From NCBI GenBank assembly GCA_028719205.1, contig JAQUKH010000003.1, positions 62,001 to 126,000 of the forward strand: 64,000 bases of DNA, written 5' to 3'. The stretch comes from a bacterium (GTDB taxonomy: Bacteria > JACRDZ01 > JAQUKH01). Below the pieces are notes generated by a model. It did not search any database. It was not told the origin of the DNA and saw nothing but the letters and a program-made list of their open reading frames with translations. Shown one piece after another: positions 1 through 9,440 of this stretch (positions are counted from its first letter, which is position 1; each line of letters opens with the position of its first letter). The translations under genes were made by a program, and so were the position numbers.

Positions 1-34
1 GAGGTCGTCAGTTCGATCCTGATCAGCTCCACCA
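1..34 (+). tRNA. tRNA, 3' portion only (likely tRNA-Ala), truncated by window start
   Basis: T-arm GTCAG-TTCGATC-CTGAT followed by AGCTCC-A-CCA, the acceptor 3' end typical of tRNA-Ala; the anticodon lies outside the window. Confidence 0.8.
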
Positions 35-59
35 GATTTTCTGCCGGAGGCAGAAAATC
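35..59. terminator. Hairpin immediately after tRNA CCA (terminator or processing stem)
   Basis: Perfect 11 bp inverted repeat GATTTTCTGCC-gga-GGCAGAAAATC; no U-tract follows. Confidence 0.45.
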
Positions 60-198
60 AGAGCAATCGAAAATAGAAAATCGAGATTTGATTCAAAAAG
101 CTTTTCGATTGCGGTCCCTGCCTGCGGTAGGCAGGAATTCTCGATTATCGATTTTCAAAAGAGTTATACATAGATTGAGATTTAGCAGGGAGTTCCAT

Positions 199-2691
199 TT
201 GGAAAATAATTATCCTTTCAAAGAAATAGAATCAAAATGGCAGAAAAATTGGCTGGATAGAGGCCAGTTCAAGACTGAAGAAAAAAATAAATATAAAAAA
301 TATTATGTCCTGGAGATGTTTCCATACCCATCAGGGCGTATACATATGGGACATGTCCGGAATTATACCATTGGTGATGTTATTGCCAGATATAAAGCAA
401 TGCAGGGATTTAATGTTCTGCATCCGATGGGATGGGACGCGTTCGGGCTGCCTGCGGAAAACGCGGCCATTAAAAATAAGATACCGCCCGCAAAGTGGAC
501 CAATGAAAATATTAATTTTATGCGCGCACAGCTTAAAAAACTGGGATTCAGCTACGACTGGGAAAGGGAGATAAATACTTCTTCACCGGAATACTATAAA
601 TGGAATCAATGGTTGTTTCAGAAATTTTTTGAAAAGGGACTGGTATACCGCAAAAAGTCCGCTGTTAACTGGTGCCCTTCCTGTAATACGGTTCTGGCAA
701 ATGAACAGGTGGTGGATGGTAAATGCTGGCGCTGCCAGAGTGTTGTGGTCCAAAAAGATATTGAGCAATGGTTTTTGAAAATAACAGCTTACAGCGACGA
801 ATTACTCGCGGATCTTGAAAATTTAAAGACATCCTGGCCTGAACAGGTTCTTGTTATGCAGAAGAACTGGATCGGGAAAAGTCAGGGGGTTGAAGTTAAA
901 TTTTCTATTAAAGATTCCAAAGATGACCTTATTATTTTTACCACACGGCCTGATACTCTTTGCGGTGTTACATTTATGGTTTTAGCGCCGGAACATCCTT
1001 TATTATTAAAACTAATTAAAGGAAAACCTCAGGAAAAAGAGGTAACTGGTTTTATAGAAAAGGTAAAAAAAGAGGATCTGACCGTAGGGACATCCTTAAA
1101 AAAAGACAAAAAGGGACTATTTACCGGATCATTTGCTGTTAATCCCATAACAAAGGAAGAGATCCCGATATGGGTGGGAAATTTTGTCTTGATGGAATAT
1201 GGTACCGGCGCGATCATGGCTGTGCCGGCTCATGATGAAAGAGATTTCCAATTCGCTAAAGAGTATAATATCCCGATAAAGGTCGTTATTCAAAATAAAG
1301 ACAGGTCACTTGATGCGGATAAAATGACGGGCGCTTATGAAGATGAAGGGGTATTGGTAAATTCTCTCTCATTTGATAATATCCAAAGCTCATCCGCTAA
1401 AGATAATATCTCTCAATGGCTTGAAAAGAAAAATCTTGGCGCTAAAAAAACAATTTATCGCCTCAGGGATTGGGGAGTTTCAAGACAGAGATATTGGGGA
1501 ACTCCTATTCCAGTTATTTATTGTGATAAATGCGGAGTAGTGCTTGTGCCTGAAAAAGATCTTCCTGTAAAATTACCTGTTGATGTGGAATTTTCAGGTA
1601 CTAATTTATCGCCTCTTTTACAGGATAAAGCTTTTTTGAATGTTGAATGCCCAAAGTGCGGCGGGAAAGGAAGAAGAGAGACTGATACTCTGGATACCTT
1701 TTTTGATTCTTCATGGTATTACCTGAGATACACTAGCCCGAAGGAAAACAAGTCTCTTTTTAACAGTAAATCCATTGAATTTTGGATGCCGGTTGATCAA
1801 TATATTGGCGGGATCGAGCATGCCATTTTGCATTTGCTATATTCCCGTTTTTTTACAAAGGCGATGGCTGATGTTGGCCTTTTTGATATCCGTGAACCGT
1901 TCAAAAATTTATTAACTCAGGGAATGGTGATAAAAGACGGCTATAAGATGTCGAAATCCAGGGGGAATACAGTTGATCCGGACAGTATCCTTGATTATTA
2001 CGGGGCGGATGCCGCGAGATTATTTATACTTTTTACCGCGCCTCCTGAGAGGGATCTGGAATGGAATGACGATGGAGTAGAGGGAGCCGCGCGTTTTATC
2101 AATAGAGTATGGAGATTGGTTAACCGGTATATCGATGGGCATGACAGTAATTTTATTTCAATTCCAAAAGATCTGGATCTTGAAAAAGAAGAAAAGAAGT
2201 TAAATAATATTTTAAATAAGACAATAAAAAAGGTCACTGAGGATATTGAGGACAGGTTCCATTTTAATACAGCTATAAGCAGTATTATGGAGCTGGTAAA
2301 TGAATTATATCTTTTTGACGATATAAAGGTTGAAGGGATAAAACAAAAACCAATTTATATTAATACCATAAAAAGCCTGGTTCTAATGTTGGCTCCTTTC
2401 GCGCCGCATCTTTGCGAAGAATTATGGGAAAAGTTGGATTCACATACAAGTGTTTTAAAGGAAACATGGCCAAAGTTTGACAGTAAGGCGCTGATAACCG
2501 AAGAATATAATCTGGTGGTCCAGATAAACGGGAAGGTTCGCAGCCGTATTTTACTGCCTGCTAATTTAAAAGACAGGCAGATCAGAGAAAAAGTTTTATC
2601 TGATGAAAAAGTTGCAAGCTGGCTAACCGGGAAAACTGTAAAAAAAGTTATACTTGTTCCAGAAAAGTTAATGAATATAGTAACAGAATAG
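199..2691 (+). CDS. leuS: Leucine--tRNA ligase
   Basis: MFPYPSG, HMGH and KMSKS motifs, Zn knuckle, editing domain. Start moved from 88 to TTG 199 behind AGGGAG. Confidence 0.98.
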   Translation: MENNYPFKEIESKWQKNWLDRGQFKTEEKNKYKKYYVLEMFPYPSGRIHMGHVRNYTIGDVIARYKAMQGFNVLHPMGWDAFGLPAENAAIKNKIPPAKWTNENINFMRAQLKKLGFSYDWEREINTSSPEYYKWNQWLFQKFFEKGLVYRKKSAVNWCPSCNTVLANEQVVDGKCWRCQSVVVQKDIEQWFLKITAYSDELLADLENLKTSWPEQVLVMQKNWIGKSQGVEVKFSIKDSKDDLIIFTTRPDTLCGVTFMVLAPEHPLLLKLIKGKPQEKEVTGFIEKVKKEDLTVGTSLKKDKKGLFTGSFAVNPITKEEIPIWVGNFVLMEYGTGAIMAVPAHDERDFQFAKEYNIPIKVVIQNKDRSLDADKMTGAYEDEGVLVNSLSFDNIQSSSAKDNISQWLEKKNLGAKKTIYRLRDWGVSRQRYWGTPIPVIYCDKCGVVLVPEKDLPVKLPVDVEFSGTNLSPLLQDKAFLNVECPKCGGKGRRETDTLDTFFDSSWYYLRYTSPKENKSLFNSKSIEFWMPVDQYIGGIEHAILHLLYSRFFTKAMADVGLFDIREPFKNLLTQGMVIKDGYKMSKSRGNTVDPDSILDYYGADAARLFILFTAPPERDLEWNDDGVEGAARFINRVWRLVNRYIDGHDSNFISIPKDLDLEKEEKKLNNILNKTIKKVTEDIEDRFHFNTAISSIMELVNELYLFDDIKVEGIKQKPIYINTIKSLVLMLAPFAPHLCEELWEKLDSHTSVLKETWPKFDSKALITEEYNLVVQINGKVRSRILLPANLKDRQIREKVLSDEKVASWLTGKTVKKVILVPEKLMNIVTE

Positions 2692-2699
2692 GAGGAATT

Positions 2700-3173
2700 A
2701 TGAATGTATTTGATTCTCTCAGGAAAATTCCGCTTTTTCACAGCCTGAATAATGATGAGCTAAAAAAAATTGCGCTTATTGCGAAAGAAAGCAAAGTCAA
2801 GGTGAAGAGTGTTATTTTTGATGAAGGGATGCCGGGGGATGCTATGTTTGTGATAAAAAACGGGTCAGTCAGGGTAATAAAATCTTTAGGACAGGGGAAG
2901 GAAGAAACACTTTCCATACTTGGGGAAGGCGAATTTTTCGGTGAGATGGCGCTTTTAGACGGAGGTTTAAGATCAGCAAAGAGTGTTGCTGAAGAAGATT
3001 CGGTACTGTTTGTTATTAACAAAGACGATTTTATGAATTTGCTTATAAAAGACGGGCCTTTGGCCGTGAAATTCTTTATTACGATCATTAAGGTTTTTAG
3101 CTTGCGTTTAAGGCAAACAGATGATAATTTCAAAAATATATTACTGAAATATGTAATGGAAGGTAAAAAATAA
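2700..3173 (+). CDS. Stand-alone cyclic nucleotide-binding domain protein
   Basis: FFGEMALLDGGLRSA phosphate-binding cassette; no CRP HTH; AGGAGG RBS. Confidence 0.9.
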   Translation: MNVFDSLRKIPLFHSLNNDELKKIALIAKESKVKVKSVIFDEGMPGDAMFVIKNGSVRVIKSLGQGKEETLSILGEGEFFGEMALLDGGLRSAKSVAEEDSVLFVINKDDFMNLLIKDGPLAVKFFITIIKVFSLRLRQTDDNFKNILLKYVMEGKK

Positions 3174-3186
3174 GGTACTAATAAAT

Positions 3187-4254
3187 ATGAAAAAGTTATT
3201 GTTGTTTGCCATCGTTTTGTTTAGCGTTTTTTTGCATATAAATTGCGCGCATAAAGAATTAACTGAAGAGGAAAGGATTATTTACAATAAAAAAGCTGAA
3301 GACCTTTATAACTCAGGATTAAACTATAAAAAAGAAAAAAGATACTGGAAGGCGAGAAGAAAATTCAACAAAGTAATTGATAATTATGTAGACAGTGATT
3401 TTGCCGATAGGTCCGCGTTTGAAGTCGCGGAGATCTTTAATGAGGCAAAAAGTTATTGGCGCGCTTATGAAAAATATCAAAGGGTTGCGGATGATTTTCC
3501 GTCAACCCGTTTAATGCCGCAGGTGTCTGAAAAACAGATCGGGATAGGAAATTACTACTGGGATAAGGATAAAAAATATGAAGCAGTCGAGATATATAAA
3601 AAGGCGTTAGAAAATGATCGTTTTGGAGAACTTGCGGCAGATATACAATATCGTCTGGCAGGTTATTATTTTGAATACGCGAAGAATTATAAGGGATTGT
3701 TTAGATCTATTTATAAAGAAGACAATTTCGAGGAAAGCATTTTGGAATATAAGAGCGCTTTAGCAAATTACCCAAATCATCCATTATCCATATTGGCAAA
3801 ATATCATCTAGCTTTGGCCTACTACTATACCAGCCGGCCCTGGTACAATGACCAGGAAAATACTGAAGAAGCAATTAGCTTATTCCAGGATCTATGGACA
3901 GAAAATGGGTCAGAGGTATATATTGATGATGCAAAAGAAAAAATGACACAGCTATTTGATAAAAAAGCTGAGAGTGAATACAATATCGGATCGTTTTACT
4001 TAAGGCAAAATTTACTTAAATCTTCGCGGATCTATTACCAGAGTGTTATTGGAAATGATTATTCAAAAATATGGAATGGTAAAGCATACTTTGGGTTAGG
4101 GGAAAGCTATTTTAAAGAAAAGAAATGGGGTGAGGCAAAAGACAATTATGACAAATCTGTTTTTGAAAGCCCGGAAGCAGTTAATAAAAAAATGTTACAA
4201 AAAAGACTTATCAAGATAGAAAAAGAATTAAATGCTTCAAATGAGCAAAAATGA
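3187..4254 (+). CDS. bamD: TPR lipoprotein, BamD/YfiO-like
   Basis: Signal peptide with lipobox-like Cys; TPR repeats; RPWYNDQENT loop and EYNIGSFY motif resemble BamD. Confidence 0.65.
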   Translation: MKKLLLFAIVLFSVFLHINCAHKELTEEERIIYNKKAEDLYNSGLNYKKEKRYWKARRKFNKVIDNYVDSDFADRSAFEVAEIFNEAKSYWRAYEKYQRVADDFPSTRLMPQVSEKQIGIGNYYWDKDKKYEAVEIYKKALENDRFGELAADIQYRLAGYYFEYAKNYKGLFRSIYKEDNFEESILEYKSALANYPNHPLSILAKYHLALAYYYTSRPWYNDQENTEEAISLFQDLWTENGSEVYIDDAKEKMTQLFDKKAESEYNIGSFYLRQNLLKSSRIYYQSVIGNDYSKIWNGKAYFGLGESYFKEKKWGEAKDNYDKSVFESPEAVNKKMLQKRLIKIEKELNASNEQK

Positions 4255-4973
4255 AGAAAAAAGAAAATTACCAGATTTATATCAAACAGATCGAGGCTCT
4301 TTCAAAGATCGCGAATCTTATTACGTCGGGTTTATATATGGAAGAGCTTTTACGTCTTGTAGTTCAAGTTACCGCTGAGATAATGAATTCCAAAATTTCT
4401 TCTTTGATGCTTTTAGATCCTCAAAAAAATGAACTTGTTGTAAAAGCAACACAGTCAATTTCAGAAGAATATAATAAAAAACCCAATATAAAACTGGGGG
4501 AAGGTATTGCCGGCCTTGTTGCGCGCGATAATAAGTCTATATGTGTTTTAGACGTGAAGGAAGATAGCCGCTATTTGAACCAGGATATCGCGAAAAAAGA
4601 GGGGCTTTGTTCTCTTGCAAGCGTGCCATTAGCTGTAAAAGGCCGGGTTATAGGCGTGTTGAATTGTTATACCTCACGTAAACATAAATTCACAAAACAT
4701 GAATTGGATATTCTAAATGCCCTCGCGAGCCAGGCCGCTGTCGCGATCGAGAATGCTGAATTGGATTTGCGCGTTCGTACCGCGGAAGAAGCTTTAACTA
4801 CGCGAAAAAATATCGAAAGGGCAAAAGATATTCTTTCGCAAGACCTGAATATTTCCTCTACAGAAGCTTACAAATTAATTCAAAGACAAAGCATGGATTC
4901 CCGCAAATCCATGCGTGAGATTGCTGAAGCTATAATTTTAGCAAAAGACATAAAGACCGTTATAAAAAAATAA
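4251..4973 (+). CDS. GAF and ANTAR domain RNA-binding regulator
   Basis: GAF domain (GEGIAG, SLASVPL, IGVLN) followed by ANTAR (RKNIERAKDIL...EAYKLIQRQSMDSRKSMREIAEAII). Confidence 0.92.
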   Translation: MKKKENYQIYIKQIEALSKIANLITSGLYMEELLRLVVQVTAEIMNSKISSLMLLDPQKNELVVKATQSISEEYNKKPNIKLGEGIAGLVARDNKSICVLDVKEDSRYLNQDIAKKEGLCSLASVPLAVKGRVIGVLNCYTSRKHKFTKHELDILNALASQAAVAIENAELDLRVRTAEEALTTRKNIERAKDILSQDLNISSTEAYKLIQRQSMDSRKSMREIAEAIILAKDIKTVIKK

Positions 4974-5000
4974 TATAAACCTGCAGATCTGATACCGGAT

Positions 5001-6101
5001 ATGAATAAAAAATCTAATATAAACAGAATTGGAGTGCTTACAGGCGGGGGAGATTGTCCCGGCTTGAACGCGGTTATACGGGCTGTTTTCAGGACCGCGC
5101 ATAATCATTATGGTTTTCAGGTTATTGGAATTTCGGATGGTTATCGCGGATTAATCGAGAAAAAATGGAAAACTCTGGAGAATAGGGATGTTACCAATAT
5201 ACTTTCTTTAGGCGGCACTATCCTTGGGACTACAAACAGGGACAATCCATTTAAATATCGCGTGGAAAACAAAGGTAAAGTTAAATATAAAGATTTATCC
5301 GGACGGCTTATTAAAAATGTCAAGGACATGGGTTTAAAAGCGTTAATAGTTATTGGCGGCGATGGTACCTTGCGGGTGGCAAGTGAATTAATAAAGAAAG
5401 GTTTGCCGATAGTCGGTATTCCTAAAACTATCGATAATGATCTTTCCTGCACGGATGTTACTTTTGGTTTTGATACAGCTTTAAACATTGCCACGGAAGC
5501 ACTGGACAGGTTAAAAACGACGGCTGAATCACATCACAGGGTTATGGTATTGGAAGTAATGGGCAGGGATTCCGGCTGGATCGCTTTAGAATCAGGGATT
5601 GCCGGCGGGGCGGACGTAATTCTTATCCCTGAAATTCCTTATAAGATAGAAAAAGTATGCGATTTTATCAGAGAACGTAAAAAACGGGGAAAACGTTTCA
5701 GTATTGTTGTAGTTGCTGAGGGCTCAATTCCTGTAGGCGGAACTGTTACTATCCAAAGGACTGTGGCAGATCCGAGCATGCCATACCGCCTTGGAGGCGT
5801 AGGTAATAAAGTTGGAAGCCAAATAGAGGAACTGACAGGGATTGAAACGCGCGTGACGGTATTAGGCCATGTTCAGCGCGGTGGAACTCCAACCGCGTTT
5901 GACAGGATACTGTCCACCAGATTTGGTTCAACGTCCGTAGATCTTGCTATGGAAGGTAAATTCGGACACATGCTTTGTTTAACCGGAGAGCATATTAAAT
6001 ATGTTCCCTTGACTGAGGCCGTTGGTAAATTACGGGTGGTTCCCGCGGATGGTGATTTTGTAAAAACTGTCCGCCGAATGGGTGTTTGCGTTGGAGATTG
6101 A
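5001..6101 (+). CDS. pfkA: 6-phosphofructokinase (group III type, probably ATP-dependent)
   Basis: TGGGDCPGLN, GGDGT, PKTIDND, EVMGR, LGHVQRGG. Confidence 0.96.
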   Translation: MNKKSNINRIGVLTGGGDCPGLNAVIRAVFRTAHNHYGFQVIGISDGYRGLIEKKWKTLENRDVTNILSLGGTILGTTNRDNPFKYRVENKGKVKYKDLSGRLIKNVKDMGLKALIVIGGDGTLRVASELIKKGLPIVGIPKTIDNDLSCTDVTFGFDTALNIATEALDRLKTTAESHHRVMVLEVMGRDSGWIALESGIAGGADVILIPEIPYKIEKVCDFIRERKKRGKRFSIVVVAEGSIPVGGTVTIQRTVADPSMPYRLGGVGNKVGSQIEELTGIETRVTVLGHVQRGGTPTAFDRILSTRFGSTSVDLAMEGKFGHMLCLTGEHIKYVPLTEAVGKLRVVPADGDFVKTVRRMGVCVGD

Positions 6102-6116
6102 GTTTAGGGGATATTG

Positions 6117-7031
6117 ATGAAAATTGTAGTTACAGGGGCGACTGGTTTTATTGGGAGCGTGTTGTGCGAAAGATTGCATAAATACGGGTATAAAGTTACC
6201 GCTTTTTCGCGTGAGCCTGATAAAGCAAAGATATTAGCTGATTATGCTGAAATTATAGAGTGGGACGGCAGTTCGGTTGATGTTTTATCAAATTGTTTTG
6301 AAGGCGATTATGGTATTGTTAATCTTATCGGGGAAAATATTGGTTCAGGCTTATGGACTCACGCGAAAAAGAAAATGATCCTGGAAAGCAGGGTTAACGC
6401 GGGGAAAGCGATTACCGAAGCTATTAAAAAAGTTAAAATAAAACCCCGGGTTTTGATCCAGGCTTCTGCAGCAGGATATTACGGGTCTCATGGAGATGAA
6501 ATTATAGATGAGTCATTTCCCGTCGGTACAGGTTTTTTACCAGGTGTTGCCGCGGAATGGGAAGATTCAACAAAAGAGGTTGAAGACCTGAATATTAGAA
6601 GAGTGATCGTTCGAACCGGGGTTGTCCTTGGAGAAAACGGCGGAGCTCTTCCGCGTTTAAAGACTACATTCCATTTATTTTTAGGAGGGCATATTGGAAA
6701 CGGTAAACAATGGTTCTCCTGGATTCATATTGATGACCAGGTTGAAGCTATCTGTTTTTTACTAAAGAATAATGCGCTTAAAGGAATCTATAATCTGACA
6801 GCGCCTAATCCATTGGAAATGAAGGAATTCTGCCATATATTAGGAAAAGTGATGGGACGTCCGTCGAGTTTATTTGTTCCCGGTTTTGTCATTCGGATGC
6901 TTATGGGTGAAATGGCAAAGGAAATGCTTTTATCAGGGCAGAGGGTATTTCCTAAACGATTGATTGACGCAGGATATAAATTTATATATTCTGACGCGAA
7001 AGACGCGCTTGAAGCAATCTTTAAGAAATAA
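6117..7031 (+). CDS. TIGR01777-family NAD-dependent epimerase/oxidoreductase (YfcH-like)
   Basis: TGATGFIG Rossmann motif, ASAAGYYG, GKQWFSWIHIDD, C-terminal DUF1731-like region. Confidence 0.92.
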   Translation: MKIVVTGATGFIGSVLCERLHKYGYKVTAFSREPDKAKILADYAEIIEWDGSSVDVLSNCFEGDYGIVNLIGENIGSGLWTHAKKKMILESRVNAGKAITEAIKKVKIKPRVLIQASAAGYYGSHGDEIIDESFPVGTGFLPGVAAEWEDSTKEVEDLNIRRVIVRTGVVLGENGGALPRLKTTFHLFLGGHIGNGKQWFSWIHIDDQVEAICFLLKNNALKGIYNLTAPNPLEMKEFCHILGKVMGRPSSLFVPGFVIRMLMGEMAKEMLLSGQRVFPKRLIDAGYKFIYSDAKDALEAIFKK

Positions 7032-7051
7032 TACCTTTCAAATTTTAAATT

Positions 7052-7459
7052 CTATTTCTTAAAATATTTTTTTACTTTTGCCTCGATTTGACGGTCAGTG
7101 ATCTTGTCAATAGTTTCTATCCCTGTTATTCTTTCTCCGAGATTTTCTTTTTCCATTCGTTTTTTTAATTCATTTTTTGATTCGCCGGGCCCGAAGATAA
7201 AAATAGATTTCGCGTTACGAATATTCGAAATTATATTATCATAGTAGATATTGAGGTGTCCCGTTAAGTCTCTTTCACGGGAATCATCTGCCGGCAGCTG
7301 GAATTGGTCATACCTGCTGGTATTAGTGTCAGAACCTCTTGAATGACGGATCTGTTCTTCGACGTTTGATTCTATCTTTTTTATTTCTTCTCCTTTATCC
7401 GAAACAAAAACGATAATAGCTTTTCTATGATCGATCCACAAACCGGCTTTTGTTTCCAT
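7052..7459 (-). CDS. Conserved protein, eRF1/host-attachment-like RNase H fold
   Basis: GLWIDHRKAIIV N-terminus and IFIFGPGESK motif; GAGG-type RBS; family call from memory. Confidence 0.55.
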   Translation of the reverse strand: METKAGLWIDHRKAIIVFVSDKGEEIKKIESNVEEQIRHSRGSDTNTSRYDQFQLPADDSRERDLTGHLNIYYDNIISNIRNAKSIFIFGPGESKNELKKRMEKENLGERITGIETIDKITDRQIEAKVKKYFKK

Positions 7460-7519
7460 AAAATTCCCTCCTACTGATTTTTAAACTTAAATATTTTATT
7501 TATTTAGAAAATGCCTATT

Positions 7520-7708
7520 TTATTCTTCAACAGAAATGGCTTCTGAGGGACAGCCTTCGGCTGCTTCCTGGCATTTTCCTTCAAAAATTTCAGGGATTTT
7601 ATTAATTTTTACTCTGGCTGTATCTCCATCCATTTCAAAGACTTCTGGACAGGTCTCTACACAAAGGCCGTCCCCGGTACAGAGTTCCTTGTTGATTTTT
7701 GCTTTCAT
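7520..7708 (-). CDS. Monocluster ferredoxin (CxxDxxC...CP)
   Basis: CTGDGLCVETCP...EGCPSEAI; AGGAGG RBS. Confidence 0.93.
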   Translation of the reverse strand: MKAKINKELCTGDGLCVETCPEVFEMDGDTARVKINKIPEIFEGKCQEAAEGCPSEAISVEE

Positions 7709-7722
7709 TTATCCTCCTTATT

Positions 7723-7911
7723 TTAATCCTCAATAAAAATGGCTTCTGACGGACAGCCATCAACTGCATCATAACATTTAATTTCAAGTAATTCTGGTAT
7801 TGTTGCAATTATTACTTTTGATGTATTACCATTCATTTTAAAAATCTCTGGACAGGTACTTACGCAAAGACCATGTCCCGTACATGCTTTTCTGTTGATT
7901 TTCGCCTTCAT
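7723..7911 (-). CDS. Monocluster ferredoxin paralogue (CxxHxxC...CP)
   Basis: CTGHGLCVSTCP...DGCPSEAI; same length (62 aa) as neighbour; AAGGAG RBS. Confidence 0.9.
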   Translation of the reverse strand: MKAKINRKACTGHGLCVSTCPEIFKMNGNTSKVIIATIPELLEIKCYDAVDGCPSEAIFIED

Positions 7912-8091
7912 TTTCTCACTCCTTATTAAGGCATCATCATATACTTTATTTTTAAATATGTAAACCTGCTAAAGCCACTTTTTTCTGACTTATTCCCACA
8001 TTTATATATTTATTTCCAGTGGGAAAAAGTCAAAAAAAAGTATAATTAGCCAATTACTTTTTATAATTTGTGATATTATAATCGTTTTAAA

Positions 8092-8394
8092 ATGATTAAA
8101 CAAAATTGTTGGGAATTTAAAAAATGCGGAAGAGAAGAAGGAGGAATAAGAGTCCCTGAACTTGGAGTTTGCCCCGCTGCGGTATTTACCGCCGGAGATG
8201 GATTTTGTAGCGGCAAAAATGGCGGAAGGGCTTGCGTGTATATAACTGGCACATTTTGCGCAGGGGTTATTCAGGGGACATACAGAGAAAAAGCAAAGGA
8301 ATGCGGGGAATGCGATTTCTATAATTTATTGAAACAAGAACATGGAAAAGATCTGACTGTTATGTCATTCAATAGATACGCCAGGAAAAAGTAA
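8092..8394 (+). CDS. Cys-rich two-CW-domain-like protein
   Basis: NCWEFKKCGRE...CPA...GRAC...GTFC...CGECDFY. Confidence 0.8.
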   Translation: MIKQNCWEFKKCGREEGGIRVPELGVCPAAVFTAGDGFCSGKNGGRACVYITGTFCAGVIQGTYREKAKECGECDFYNLLKQEHGKDLTVMSFNRYARKK

Positions 8395-8429
8395 AAAAAA
8401 GGGCGCTCCAATGTATTGGGCGCCCCTAC
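8393..8429 (-). terminator. GTAG-type REP hairpin acting as probable intrinsic terminator of the WLP operon
   Basis: Minus strand reads GTAGGGGCGCCCAATACATTGGAGCGCCC then T8, just after the acsE stop. Confidence 0.75.
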
Positions 8430-8456
8430 AAAATCAAAACTAATTTAAACAATAAA

Positions 8457-9302
8457 TTATAATTCCAAAAATGAATCCGCGAACATTATTTCGCCTTTGA
8501 ACATGCGGATCGTTTTATCGACGTGGTTTGCCGGGAATACTTTTCTTATGTCTTCACCTTTAACTACTGCCATGAATTTTTCATCATTGACGTCAACAAT
8601 GGCTCCGCTTAATCCGGCCTCGCGCAGGATCGTCCAATAGACAGATGTTAAAAGCGGTTTCATTGGAGCAGGGGTCATATTAACGACGTTGCTTAAGCCG
8701 ACTAGGGAATGCATTGGCGGTTCATTCATGGTCTGGAACATTTTTATCGCTTCAACAACAAATCTTGATTGATCCTGGTTGCCTTTTACGGTCATGGCAA
8801 GCGGGTCCAGATAGATGCTTTCCATCGGAACGCCGAGTTCAGCGGCTTTGGTCATAATATCAACCGCGATTGAAGCCCTTGTTTCGGCATCAGGAGGAAG
8901 TCCGACACCTGCCAAAGTTAAACCTATTATATTGCATTTATATTTTGCGGCCAGAGGCATGAACGCGTCAAGGCGTTTTGCCTCGCCTGAACAGGAATTT
9001 ATCAGGGCTTTTCCATATTTATCATTATAATGCTGTAATCCCATTTCCATCGCCTTTGGATTTGTCGTATCAAGAGAAAGCGGGACTTTAGCCACCGCAT
9101 GGATGATCTCGCATAACCATGGCAGCCTTTCCGGATCATCTTCAACAGGGCCGATATTCATGTCAAGCATATTTGCGCCGCATTCGATCTGTTTTACGGC
9201 CATTTCCTGCAGAGGGCCTTTGTCGCGGTCTTCCATTGCCTTACGCATGACTTTTGTTACTACATTGATTCTTTCACCGATCAAAAGTGGATTTGGATAC
9301 AT
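8457..9302 (-). CDS. acsE: Methyltetrahydrofolate:corrinoid Fe-S protein methyltransferase
   Basis: Pterin-binding barrel (IGERIN, LSLDTTN, INS, YLDPL, GLSNV); last gene of the acs operon. Confidence 0.9.
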   Translation of the reverse strand: MYPNPLLIGERINVVTKVMRKAMEDRDKGPLQEMAVKQIECGANMLDMNIGPVEDDPERLPWLCEIIHAVAKVPLSLDTTNPKAMEMGLQHYNDKYGKALINSCSGEAKRLDAFMPLAAKYKCNIIGLTLAGVGLPPDAETRASIAVDIMTKAAELGVPMESIYLDPLAMTVKGNQDQSRFVVEAIKMFQTMNEPPMHSLVGLSNVVNMTPAPMKPLLTSVYWTILREAGLSGAIVDVNDEKFMAVVKGEDIRKVFPANHVDKTIRMFKGEIMFADSFLEL

Positions 9303-9393
9303 TAAAATAACCTCCTTAAATTATTTATTTTATTTTACGGTATTATAACAACTAAATATATAAAAACCACAATTTTATATATTTAATTGTAAA

Positions 9394-9419
9394 GGCGCCC
9401 CGATGTACATCGGGGCGCC
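9394..9419. repeat. Perfect 26 bp palindrome, REP-like, after fhs
   Basis: GGCGCCCCGATGTACATCGGGGCGCC; flanks resemble the 8401 copy. Confidence 0.75.
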
Positions 9420-9440
9420 CCTAACAAATTAAATTCAGGT

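Noticed and set aside
35-198. T-box riboswitch upstream of leuS
   Set aside because: No GGTGGxACC T-box motif or terminator/antiterminator pair
88-198. N-terminal extension of LeuS in the ORF track
   Set aside because: It translates repeat DNA; LeuS-like sequence and an RBS begin at TTG 199
2700-3173. cNMP-binding protein as receptor for the island cyclase-like protein
   Set aside because: It is 22 kb away in a housekeeping operon with nothing linking the two
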